Source: Eledone cirrhosa (lineage: Eukaryota). Taken from it: a DNA stretch of 64,000 nt. Every line of letters begins with the position of its first letter. Within the stretch, counting starts at the first letter, position 1. Location of the stretch: contig OZ024743.1 in NCBI GenBank assembly GCA_964016885.1, forward strand, positions 151,590,001-151,654,000. The letters run 5' to 3'. Shown piece after piece: positions 14,660 to 26,431 of the stretch. Under the pieces are notes generated by a model. That model did no database searches and was not told the DNA's origin. It worked only from the letters and a program-made list of their open reading frames with translations. A program made the position numbers and the translations under genes.

Positions 14660-14990
14660 AAATGTAAAACAACAGTGAATGTTATCTCAGTTACTCTAGA
14701 TATTACCAAAGCCTTCAATAAGATATTTAATTCAACATATACAACCAGAGTATTCTTTTCTTCTACTTACCCTTTACATTAACAACATACTGTCATCTTT
14801 AACGATACATACATTTATACAGATGATGCTATCCTACATTTCTCCTTCACCCTTTCACACACTGGACATGCATAATGTCAATACTTTTCACCAAGCCTGT
14901 ACTTTGTTCTTGATCAGAAATATTTGAGCATCATAAAACATAGACTTGGGAATTTAGTCTCATTCAAAAGTAACAAAACACTAATATCAG
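14660..14990 (+). mobile_element. Old CR1/Jockey-group LINE RT relic
   Basis: Translates VISVTLDITKAFNK and HIYTDDAILHFS (RT motifs), with deletions between them. Confidence 0.65.
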
Positions 14991-15119
14991 GTATTTTAAG
15001 AAAGCAAATTATTGCAATATAAAGTTAAAATAACAATATACAATCACATTTCCTAGAAATATATCTCTAATCTTTTATAATTGATCTATTTGAAATAAGG
15101 TAGTGGAGAAGAATGAGAA

Positions 15120-15360
15120 TATGATGAACATAAAGAAAAACAAACCTGAGAGCACTTTGGAGGCACTGAGTGTTAAAGAAAGATTTAAATTCTTTGGTCA
15201 TGTCATGTGAAAGAGAATTATGTTAGGAAAAATTGAACGTTCAAGAGGAAAAGAACGACCACGTATGAAGTGGGTAGATGGGCAGAAGGAACTGCATAGA
15301 ATGACATCCCTGGATTAGCTCCAGATTTGTGTGAAGAATAGGTAGAACTGGAGATTGTCA
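15120..15360 (+). mobile_element. Old RTE 3' relic (another family)
   Basis: KPESTLEALSVKERFKFFGHVM*KRIMLGKIERSRGKERPRMKWVDG is a typical RTE C-terminus. Confidence 0.75.
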
Positions 15361-16595
15361 GAAGTTGAACACAAGAGTAAATTTCTGATAAACTTATATG
15401 AAACTAAATATGTTTTTAAATATGCAATACTGCTTTACAAAGGATACATTTCCTCTTTAGAGAGAAACATCTCTGCACACACATACACACTTTAGTAATG
15501 AATTAGTTCCTGATACTATAGGAAACTAAGTTGGTTTAGACTGCAGTATTGATCACATATTTGGGATGAAATACCTACTATAATCACCGATATTATTATA
15601 TATATTCTATACGATACTGTAGAAAAATAGCTAGATCTCAATAATACTCTGCAATATATAACTATATAGTCACCATATCTTCTCTTTTATTGTTTCTAAA
15701 TTGGCCTATTCTGCCAAGACTTTACCAAATCTATACTACCCCCTCTAAAGAGATATGATGCACCCACCTCTAATTTTTCTAGAACCAAAGTATCTTTCTC
15801 CAAAATCTGTATCAATTCACCATACCAATCAGAACTGTACTCACTTCCCTACACCCAGCTACCTACAATAATTCAAATGAAAGTTTAACTGAAATAATCT
15901 TATTTCATACTCTTCAGAATAAATAGGGAAGCCTAAAAATAACAAACTGTCCTGTTCATCATTCCCAGTCTAAGTATTAAAAAAAGCCTAAAAGTAGAAG
16001 TGATTCATAGTATTTAGTCAGTTACTTATTTCAGTATAAACTTTAACAGTAAATATACAACAAAATGTCTGCAGATTTTCATAGCATATGTTAAAGGAAC
16101 TTAAGTCATTTATATGCACAAAACGATGATATGACACTTTAGCAAATAGATCATATGAATCACAATGTAACAGTTTGTAATATTTATATCTTGAAAATAC
16201 ACACATAAAAATTAGTCAAGTTGCAGCGGATATGGGTTAAATCTTTTAAAACTCTAAATGATTTATGCTTGTATATAATTTAATGAGAAACAGATGAGCA
16301 TTTTGTGGAATAGATGATTAAAAATGGCCAAACAAACCATGGAATGAAAAGAGAATAAATAAATTTAATGCTTCACCAAAACATGAAGTTTTTCAAATAC
16401 AAATTCATGTACTTGAAAATTTATCTTCAGAAAAAAAAAAAAGAATATCATCTTCAGATAAAAAAAAAAGAATATTAGCTTCAGAAAAAAAGTAGTTATC
16501 AAATATACATATTAAGATGAACGGAATTATTTCTCCATATTTAAACAGTTGTACATGATGATAGTAATATTAATATTAGTGAAAATTAAATTTTT

Positions 16596-16720
16596 TCTTC
16601 TTCCTGTGAGGGTCATTGGAGAAGAGTCTTCAAGCATTCTTTCCAGCAGGTTGTGTCAGAAGTAACTATCTCCTATTGATCTGGCTGGATCCCCAAACAA
16701 GACCAACCAAGCTCATAGAC
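16596..16720 (-). mobile_element. RTE family 2 extreme 3' end
   Basis: Similar to 3714-3850 and 40866-41000. Confidence 0.7.
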
Positions 16721-17272
16721 AGCACTGCTGAATTTGGTATGTTCATACAAATTTGGTATTATTTGCCCTTAATTTGACTTTTATGTACATCTGGTACCAT
16801 GTCCAGATTTTTTTGGTACATTTTAGAGATTATCCTTGCTTTGTGAATTTGGCTTAATTAATATTCTAAAATCACCATTTAACGATTTACCCTTCATCAT
16901 CTATAATGACTTTTATGTTGAAAAGCTATCCATTAAATATATTTGCCTGTCAAATCTCAGTTGATATCAATGACTTTTCTGGTATTATTTCAAATCAGTA
17001 GCCAACCATCTGTCTTATCCTGGTAGCCAATAATAATGCACTATTTGCTCACAATCAATCAGTGGACGTTTTACTGACAATATGCAAGGACATCTAAATA
17101 TAGACAGATTAAGACAAATTCTTGGAAGACAACCATATCAGTTCAGTTTAAGCATTTGTCTCACAGCGTGCAGTGTGCTTTGGTAGTGTCATCTTTTAAT
17201 ATCTGAACTGTTTTGCATTTTTGAGAAACATTTTGAACACATCATCAGTAGAAAAACATTGAAAATGAAATA

Positions 17273-18150
17273 TTGATAGTGACGAAAATGACACTCCTCA
17301 GAAGAAAAAAACTGATACCCACTTTCTATGAAAGAAAAGTTCCCTTAAAATTATTAAACAATGAGAAATTTTCATCGTGGCTGGAATTGAGTAAAAACAA
17401 CAGAAGTAAAGGCTACTGTAAATTGTGCAATTGTGAGATAGCTGGTAGCTTAAGTCAAATAGTAAGACAAAAAAGACCAAAAGAATGCAAAGGTATCGAA
17501 ACAAACAGTGATGGTAACAGATTTCATAAAGCTTGCTCACTTAATGAAAATAGCATCGGCTGAGCTGAAAATATGTGGATTTATTGCTGAGCACAACCTA
17601 CCTATTGCTATTTTGGATCATTTGCCTGGTCCTATTGTCAACATATGCTCTAATTCAAAAATCACCAAAGGTATCACGTGTGCAAAAACTATAGGAACTT
17701 CCACTTTTTCAAATGTGATCGGTCCCTATCCTTTCAATGATTTATTGTCTAAGCCAAATTCAGCAAAGTTCTCCATTATTGTAGATGAAACAATGGACAT
17801 TTCTACCAACAAGCAGTTTGTTCTAGTAGCTTTAGACCTAACTAATGTTATTGAAGGTAAACCAAAATTGATCACACCATTGGCAATGAAATTTTCCAAC
17901 CTTGTGCATGAAGAACAATAAATAGAGAATACAGGGAATTGACTCTGCAAGCTGCATCTCTTAATGCACAAAATGAGCCTGAGAAATGCTGGTTTCTTGT
18001 TTTTCAAGAAAAACATGGTGGCATATATCTGTTGAAAATCATTGCCACATACTTCAGCAGCCTCAGAAAGAGTTTTGTCCCCTCTCAACAACATAAAAAC
18101 AAAAGATCGCAATGCTTTATAAACATCAACATTAAAGTCTTTGCTGCAAA
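17273..18150 (+). pseudogene. hAT transposase pseudogene (BED-like finger, first catalytic Asp region, dimerisation motif), internally deleted and frameshifted
   Basis: WLELSKNNRSKGYCKLCNCEI; FIAEHNLPIAILDHL; FSIIVDETMDISTNKQ; LPHTSAASERVLS at ~18042-18080. Confidence 0.85.
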
Positions 18151-18329
18151 ATGTTTACTGCACTAAGTGGCATCCATAACAGCAACTGTCTCAAACTGCA
18201 AGGAAGTGGTACAGCAAAAGTGTGGAAAAAGACATTTATTTTAATTAAAATATATAAAGTAAATGTAAAACATTTTCATTTTTTAATACTTGTGGGGTTT
18301 CATCATTGCCATCACTGTTTAAGAGCAAT

Positions 18330-19930
18330 CTCTCTTGTTTCCCATTTTAAAAATTGGGATTATCATTGCCATTTCAAGAGCTCCAGGATGATTCGCACAC
18401 ATGAGTCAGCCAGAAAATACCTTCTCTTTTCTTATCTCAGGCCGAATTTCATCCACCCCAACGGCTTTGCTACATCTGAGCTCTTTAATTGCTCTTGTGA
18501 CTTCAGCCTCCAAGGGATTAGTCATTGCTCCCAGATGCACCTCATGTACATCAAAAGATGCTTTTGTGATCAGGTTTAAGAGATCAGCAAAGTATTTTCT
18601 CTACTTTGTGAGGATGCACTTCTCTGAAGATGCATTCCTGATAGCAGGTGTGTAGGAAGACTTCTTATTATGAAGTTGGCAAATCGTCTGCCAGAACACT
18701 TTATTTGCTGATCTCAAGTCAGATTCCAGCTTAACCCCAAAGTCCTCCCAAGTCTTAACTTTGGATGCCTTTAATCTCTCTGCTGTGGCTTTTTGCACTG
18801 GCTTGTATCACAAGTACACTAAGGGGGGCTTATTTCCAAGCCAAGCTTTGTAAATCCCCTTCTTTGCTTGGATAGCATCTTTGGCCACTTGATTGAACCA
18901 AGGAGTTCTCCTGCCACCCAGTGCCACAACAAACTGCTTTCAGCTGCAGCATTTAAAAGCTGAAGCAGAAACTTGATTTAAACAGTCTTCACTCTGTTTC
19001 AACATCCTCACTTTGTTCAGGGAGCTCTCTGAATTTAGATGCAATAGTATCTGCAAGCCTGTTCCTGGCTTCCTTATCTACCTGCACTTCCCACTTTATC
19101 CTTAAGTCAAGTTGGATCTGCTATTTTGTGGGCTTCTTTGGCTTTAGGCAGTTTCAAGTTGCAGATAACTAGATGGTGATCAGTTGACAGCTCAGCCCTT
19201 CACTTAACATGAACATCCAGCACAGAGTCGAAGAGATCAGAGACAATAACAAAATCAATTATTGATCTCTGTCCCTGTTCCTCTTATACTATATATAATT
19301 ATGGATGTCTTTGTGCTGGAAGGTGTTCATAACATAGAGCCCATTACTAGTACAGAAATCTAATAAGGCATCTCCATTTGTATTTAGATTAGGATCTTTG
19401 TACATTCCAATCAATCCTTTCAGGTACTCAGTGCCAGCATGTGCATTGAAGTCTTTACTACATCTAATGCCACAATGACTTCATCAAGGAAGGATCTGTA
19501 TTCAGACTGTTTGGTAGAGACCTTTCTTTCAGCATAAGCTTCAAGAAGCAAATCTTCCCTCCCAGTGGGATTTAGTCCATAACACATTCTGACAGCTGGG
19601 AGCTTGTGAATATTCCCACTCCTCGCTGTGCATTCTTTTCAGGTGCCACACTTGAATAGTGGAATTTTCATCCTCCATCCAAATCTACAGTAGCAGAGCC
19701 ACAGAACTTTATTGAGGAAACCCCGACTATATCTAGCTGGTAACATCTAGCCTCCTCCACTAGTTCCTGCTTCTTGCTCGCAGATGTTGTAAAGTTCCAG
19801 TTACCAATTGTCAAGATTTCCTTCACTCTGGACCCTCTTTGGAGTCTCGGGATATATAACCTTTGTGCTTCCATCCCACACCTCCCAGGAGAGGTTGTAT
19901 GTCCATCGCCAGTTCTTGCAACATTGCATG
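18330..19930 (-). mobile_element. RTE LINE 5' half (AP endonuclease to start of RT), decayed
   Basis: LTIGNWNFTT...ELVEEARCYQLDIVGVS (APE start); TWEDFGVKLESDLRSANKVFWQTI; DEIRPE near 18440; many stops and frameshifts. Confidence 0.9.
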
Positions 19931-20357
19931 GAGACAGCTTTACATTTTTGAATAGGTAAAAATGAAATTTAGGCTATAATAGTTATTTTAGTTTTTGATT
20001 ATACATGTTGATTATTCTGTTATGGACATCGCTAGTTCATTTATTGTTCTGTGGATGATGTTTCTTTATGTTTTATCTTTTAAGCACAGAGAACTATGTG
20101 AAATAGAGTTATTGCTATTGTGAATGAACTCACTAATGCAGCAAACCTAATTTCTAAAATTATTTTATATTATGGTTGATAAATAAACTAAGATAATGGT
20201 TTAATAACTTTTCCAGTGCTGGTGCCATGATAAAATACAACCAGTACACTTCGTAAAGTGGTTAGTGATCAAATGTAACAATATAAGGTATAGGAAGATA
20301 TTTCAATCTTGCTGAGGATATGAAACCTTTCTACTGCTGGAAAACATGTAAAATAAT

Positions 20358-20535
20358 TGTTTCTACAATTGCCTAAGGCCAGCAAATACCCAGTGCATTA
20401 CTGGTACTTTATTTTATCGACCCCGTAAGGATGAAAGGCAAAGTTAACCTTGGCGGGATTTGAACTCAGAATGGCAAGGGCTGTAACTCTATACGTCAAA
20501 GCATGGCGTCCGACCCCCCACCAATCCACCGCCAC
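20358..20535 (-). mobile_element. SINE family A, near full length, 19-bp TSD
   Basis: TSD GGAAAACATGTAAAATAAT at 20339-20357 and 20536-20554. Confidence 0.95.
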
Positions 20536-22210
20536 GGAAAACATGTAAAATAATGTTGTTGATTATGGTATGTGATTACTGCTCACTATAGTAACTTGGG
20601 TTTTGTGTAAAACCTTTTCTCTTAGTTATCAGAATATGAAATTTCTTCACTCAAAAAAAAAAAAAAAAAAAAAATGTTCATTTTACATATATTTTGCTTT
20701 GTAAAACATAGGAATATGTGAAAGAATACGAACAGATAAATATGGCATACTACTCCCTGAGGTTAAATATCATTGAAAGATTAGTGAATATCATGCAATC
20801 AATAATCTTTGTTAAAAGCTTTGTTTGTAGACCCTACTATTCTCCACCAGTGATTCTACATAACTGAAGCACAGCACATACAAACATATTCTTTTTACTA
20901 TCATTTTTAGTCAGTTCTGTTTATCACATTTTGTATCCTAAGATTAACTCTCCACACTTTTGTAAATGTCTTCCTTGGTTTTTTCCTCTTCCACAGCTTC
21001 CTTCCAGTTATTTACCCAACTCTCATCATCCATACATGTTACATATCTGTACCTGTGTAATCTTTCTTGCACACAGAATCAGATTCCTTTTATACCCAGT
21101 TTTTCACTTAATTTATGTGTGCTTTGTCATGAACACAAACATTACGCATCCAGTAAATGTGATGGTGATGATATATGATATATATATAATATATCATCAC
21201 CATTATACATCTATTTTTTATCTGGGCATGAGATAGATAGATTAGACTGGCAGACAGACAGGCAGTTATGTACTCAATTAAAGTACCTGTAGGAACAACT
21301 TAAATGTGTGTGTGTAAAGGGATGATTGGAAATTTCTTTTTGTTAGAATGGGGTTCAAATGAAGAAGATAACGACTATAAGATATGTAATATAAAGTGTA
21401 TATATAAAATATACACCACAAGCATGTTCTGGATTAATTGGAAAGTATCGCAACAGATTCCATATTTACATTCAAAGTAGCTTGGAAAAGTATTCTATTT
21501 ATTCTCTTAAAAAATATGGAAAGAAAATATGGAAAGAAAGAGAGGGAGGGAGAATGAAGTGAGGAAAAAGAGGGATTATGAGACAGAAAGAGGGAAATGG
21601 AAAAAGAGAAAGGGAAGAGATAGAGAGAGATAAATAGCTTGTGTTTATGTGTGTATAAGTTTGTGTCTCATACTCCACTGGGCTATATACATTACTTTGC
21701 TTGTCAGATAAATGATAAGGACAGTTTCATTACCACCCCATTACTCTATATAAATCCACCCCAGCTGCTATTTTCTACATCATGCCATGCATTTATAAAA
21801 ACAGAAGCTAGATCTAAATAAGATGTTTTTCTTTCACCAAAGGACATGGATGTGTCTCAGTACATTAAAAAAGTAGAATTGAACCTAAGATAGGGGGGGA
21901 ACTGACAAATGATGCACCTTACTGTTTTAACAACCACAAGAGTTTATAGTGCAGAGAAAAAGTTCACATAGCCTTACATAATTTACACTAAAGAATAAAA
22001 ACAAATGAAGGTAAAAAGGCCAAAAAAAAACAAGATAATCATTAATATAGAAAGTAGAACCCTCCCTGAAAAGGTGTACTTTTATATATATATATATATA
22101 TGCAAAACAGGGGGGGGGGGAGACAAAGACAATGGAAATAACAAGAGAAAAATGGGCAGACCATTCCCCTCAGTGAACACTGGAATGCAATATATGTATG
22201 TAAGTATATA

Positions 22211-22308
22211 TATATAAAGTCTGAAGAGCAAATCGGGCTAGAGTCAGGTCTATAGCATTAATATAGATCCTGAGCCACCCATCTGTGAAATGGTTGTAAC
22301 TATGTATA
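22211..22308 (+). ncRNA. Minimal type-I hammerhead ribozyme with long helix II (Penelope/retrozyme type)
   Basis: Helix I 22211-22220 pairs with 22299-22308 (9/10); CUGAAGA 22221-22227; long imperfect helix II; GAAA 22287-22290; short helix III; GUA cleavage triplet 22296-22298; AATAAA at 22312. Confidence 0.65.
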
Positions 22309-22559
22309 ATCAATAAAGACCTTAATGTGAAACCTTACTATGTTTTCAATATATACATTCTGCCTTAGCATAGAATGTTGATTTTAGTACCCACTTCAGT
22401 AAGCCACAAATCTACTGAACCATCTATTATTAGTTTATATATATATATATATATATATGCAGAGGTTATATTTAATTTGTTGGGATTCAACAAGCTTAAA
22501 CATTTTTATAACTGATATAAAGCACTCAACTATTTAGTGGAGTAAATATACAATATATT

Positions 22560-22806
22560 AATAAATGGAAACTATATTTATAAAACCATAATTTTTTTTA
22601 TTATATATATTTTATATATTTCAGGGGTGACCAAGGTAAATTATGGTGCGCATTTCAACCGTTGAGGTTGTCTTTTTTCCGGGTATGTCAATATTTATTT
22701 ATAAAACAAATCTGTATTTTATCTGATGAAAGCGCACCATAATTTACCTTGGTCGCCCTTGAAATATATATAATAAAATAATTATGGTTTTATAAATACA
22801 GTTTCC

Positions 22807-22813
<7 letters not shown>
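22560..22813. repeat. (TA)n-flanked fold-back element with ~90-bp imperfect inverted arms, probable inverted Penelope terminal repeat
   Basis: AATAAATGGAAACT.TATTTATAAAACCATAATT...GACCAAGGTAAATTATGGTGCGC and its reverse complement flank a ~70-nt spacer. Confidence 0.85.
22715..22780 (+). ncRNA. Minimal type-I hammerhead ribozyme
   Basis: Helix I UAUUUUAU/AUAAAAUA (8/8); CUGAUGA 22723-22729; helix II 22730-22760; GAAA 22761-22764; palindromic UAUAUA helix III; AUA cleavage triplet ending 22772. Confidence 0.7.
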
Positions 22814-22863
<50 letters not shown>

Positions 22864-22865
<2 letters not shown>

Positions 22866-24372
22866 CATCATCATCATCACCATTTTATGTCCGTTCTTCC
22901 ATGCTAGCTGGGTTAGACGGGTTGTCCTGTTGTGGGCAGTGTCCGGTCGGCTGACCACGCCTTGCTCATACGGGAACTGATTCCGGCTTGATTTCTACAG
23001 CTGGATGTGCTTCCTAATACCAACCTCATTTACAGTGAGTGCTGGGTGCTTTTTTTCCATGGCGCCTACACGTCCACTTTACAGTGTGGGCTGGGTGCTT
23101 TTTTACCGTGGCACCTCCACGACCACTTTGCAGTGGGAGGGTGTGGGGGCATATTGTCTATATGCTTCAGCTTCGGTTTGTACCCGTGGGGGTCGGGTCT
23201 TCTGTATTACTGTGTGACGCCAGAGGTCACGGTCGTGTGTCATCGCCTTTGAGAGGTGTAATTGGGTAAGGTCGGCTTTTATCACCTCATCCCAGGTCTT
23301 CTTGGGTCTCCCCACTCCGTGGTTTCCATCGACCTTTTTATGCAGCTGTCATCCTTCATACGCATCACATGTCCATACCAACGCAACCGCCTCTCCTGCA
23401 CACAGCATTTGCTCATATGCTCAGTCTCTCTCTCAATTCATTTATGTTTTGCCGTTCGTGTATATTACAATTACACATCCATCGGAGCATGCAGACTTCG
23501 TTTCTTTCTAATCTACGCAAGTCTTCTACATTCAGCGCGCAGGTCTCACTACCATATAACATTGCTGTTCGTATACATGCATCATACAGTCTGCCTTTGA
23601 TTTTGAGGGAAAAGCCTTTTGCAGATAGCAGTGGCAGTAGTTCCCTGAACTTCTGCCATCCTGTTCTTACCCTAGTTATTGTACTTTCCGAACACCCACC
23701 TCCGCTGCTAATTTGGTCACCTAGGTAGCAGAAGCTGTCTACTCGTTCTACAGAGCCCTCCCAGAGATTGGTGGTACTTGTTTCCTGTGGCTGTTTGCGG
23801 CTTGCTGTCCCAGCACAGCTGCTACATGTGAAGCTTACATTCTTAGTTAAGCTTCCTGAGATCCCGCTACATCTCTTGTGTACCCATTGTTTGCATTTGG
23901 GGCAGAGAATCGAGTTCCTACCTACACCTTTCCTACATACTGAGCAAGGCCATTTCCCTGGGGGAATCTGGGTTCTGTTTTCTCGTTTACTTACAAGGAC
24001 CTTAGTCTTTGTCATGTTGACTTTGAGACACTTTCTTTCTAGTCCCTTCTTCCAAGTTTGTAATTTCTTCTCTAGTTCTACCATAGATTCAGCTATAAGT
24101 GCGAGGTCATCTGCATACAGAATTGCCATGGGCATCCGGTCTTAAACTCCTCCGTTATTGCCTGCAGAACTATGATGAACAAGAGAGGGCTAAGAACAGA
24201 GCCCTGGTGGACACCTACCTGTACGCTAAATTCCTCGCTATAGTCATTGTTAATCCCAACTTTGCTGACTGCTCCCCTATACATAGCTTGTACAGCTTTC
24301 ACAAGCCATTCATCTACTCCTAGTTTTCTAAGAGCCCACCAGATTATAGCACGGGGAACTCTGTCAAAGGCT
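22864..24372 (-). mobile_element. Young RTE LINE (family 1), 5' truncated, RT plus PHD-like finger, frameshifted, in (TA)n
   Basis: GVHQGSVLSPLLF, LYADDL, CSVC...CPKC..WVHKRC...CSSC, FCYLGD, AMLYGSET, GRPKKTW; (GAT)n tail. Confidence 0.97.
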
Positions 24373-24401
24373 TATATATATAAATATATATATATATATA
24401 T

Positions 24402-24765
24402 CACTTACAACTGCGGTGATCGAACGTCTGTCTCTTTCCTCTCGATCACTCAGTCTTAAGTTCTCTTATCAAGTGGTCTTGAATTTCCTACTTATAGCTG
24501 CTCGCATATTGCTCGGTTTGTTGTCTTTTTTCCCTGTTTTCTCTTTTCTTCCCCTTTGCTTTCCTTACCTCCTTCCTCTATTTTCCCAATAACTTATCCA
24601 GTTATTGACGTACTGGGGTGAGGTATATTGTCTTTAAAGCGTAGAAATATCCAAGACCCCCAGTAGACAACTGATGAGGAAACCCCCCGTTGTTGCTTTC
24701 TTCGTATTCCCACTGCATTTTAAGTTACCTTAAATAGCAACTACACAGCCATTTCTATTCTCCAT
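24402..24765. repeat. Unclassified (TA)n-flanked insertion
   Basis: CpG-retaining, pyrimidine-rich block bounded by TA runs on both sides. Confidence 0.45.
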
Positions 24766-24777
24766 AAATATATATAT

Positions 24778-25093
24778 TGGCCTTGCAATCGAAAGGTTGT
24801 GAGTTCAATTCTCAGACTGGGTGATGTGTTGTTTCCTTGAGCAAGACACTTTATTTCACATTGCTCCAGTTTATGCAGCTGTAGAAATGAGATGATAGGG
24901 ACTGGGGTCCATATCATTCCACTGCAAAGTGGTTGTGGAGGCGCCACAGCAAAAAGGCACCCAGCACTCACTGTAAATGAGGTTGGTGTTAGGAAGGGCA
25001 TCCAACTGTAGAAATCAAGCCAGAATCAGTTCCCGTCCCACCCTTGCAAGCAGGGAAAAGCGGACGTAAAATGAAATGAAATGATGATGATGA
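24778..25093 (+). mobile_element. SINE family B (tRNA head, CORE-like middle, RTE family-1 tail), 5' truncated
   Basis: GTTCAATTC B box; CCTTGAGCAAGACACTT; tail near-identical to RTE 3' UTR 43750-43908 and its terminal CGGACGTAAAA. Confidence 0.9.
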
Positions 25094-25184
25094 TATATAT
25101 AGACTCTGATCTCCCCAATGACTATCTGTTCTCTTTCGTGCCTCCTCTTCTTTTTGGTCTTAAACTTCTACTCCATCTACTCCT

Positions 25185-25272
25185 AGTCTTTTAAGAGCCC
25201 ACCAGATATTGAACTGAGAAACTGTCAAAAGTAAACGTTCTGCAGGTCAACAAATGCCAAGTAAAGGGGCTT
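25185..25272 (-). mobile_element. Short older RTE family-1 RT fragment
   Basis: Reverse complement encodes KPLYLAFVDL...IWWAL, matching 42474-42570. Confidence 0.75.
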
Positions 25273-25366
25273 AGGTACTTCTGTATGTATATATATACAC
25301 ACACACACACATCACTGAATATCGATCTAAACTCTTATTATTATTATTATTATTATTATATACATC

Positions 25367-25416
<50 letters not shown>

Positions 25417-25419
<3 letters not shown>

Positions 25420-25701
25420 TGTGCCTCCGGCATCTGCAGCCATGGTTAATCACAGAATTTTCCTGAGAATCTAACTAATAATTGTTCGTGGAATCGTAAA
25501 TATCTTCCACGATTTTTTATTCCTTTTTTCGTGGCAATATATACTTTTTCACGTTTTTTAACACTAAATTATTCATAACAATATACAGTATTTGCTGGCC
25601 TATAATTTATGTTATGTTTTGACGTTTATAGGCATTCGTATTTTTTCACTCTTCGTGGGCGTTTTAGGAATGTAACCCCCCGCGAAAACCGTGGACAACT
25701 G
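25417..25701. mobile_element. Tigger/pogo-type MITE in (TA)n
   Basis: TA|CAGT...ACTG|TA termini; right end reads CAGTTGTCCACGGTTTTCGCGGGGGGTTACATTCC on the minus strand; TIRs imperfect. Confidence 0.7.
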
Positions 25702-26060
25702 TATATATATATATATATATATATATATCTTTTTTTTTCCATGGTAAACGAATATATTTATATATATAAAACAGAAGTTTGCTAAGTTAATGAAGGTTCA
25801 TTCTCTTGCAAGTTGTACATATAAATAAAGTAACATTTAAAAACCTTGCCTATTGAACTGTCTATTAACTTCAGTTAAAATTACATTAAAGTAAAGAAAA
25901 CAAAATTGAATAAGTCCATGATTTAGCTACTCATGTTTTTATATGCATAAAGTATACATGATCATTAATAAGAGTATAACTTGATAATGCAGCCAACAAG
26001 ATCTTGATGGGAAGAAATTATTTCCAACGTAACAATATAAATGTTAGCTATTAATATAAT

Positions 26061-26431
26061 TGTTTCTACTTTTGGCACAAGGCCAGAAATTACCCCAGTG
26101 CATTACTGGTGCTTTATTTTATCGACCCCGTAAGGATTAAAGGCAAAGTTAACCTTGGCGGGATTTGAACTCAGATTGTAAAGGCGTGTAACTATGCTGC
26201 AAAGCATGGTGTTCGACCATTTACCAATATTGCCAGTATTGGTAGAGGGCCGGACGCCATACTTTGCAGCAAAGAGTTATGGCCCTTTATGGTATGAGTT
26301 CAAATCCCACCGAGGTTAACTTTGCCCTTTGTCCTTACGGGGTCGATAAAATAAAGTACCAGTAATACACTGGGATAATTGCTGGCCTGGTGCCAAAAGT
26401 AGAAACAAATATTGCCAATCCACTGCCTTAC
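26061..26431. mobile_element. Nested SINE-A pair: plus copy (26236-26407) inserted in the head of a minus copy
   Basis: Inner TSD AATATTGCCA 26226-26235 and 26408-26417; outer TSD CTATTAATATAAT 26048-26060 and 26432-26444. Confidence 0.92.

Noticed and set aside
22500-22560. CTGATAT...GCACTC...AGTG as another hammerhead
   Set aside because: Both core halves are mutated and no convincing helix I or III forms
24670-24695. CTGATGAGGAAAC as a hammerhead
   Set aside because: No helix II between CUGAUGA and GAAA, and helix I is out of register
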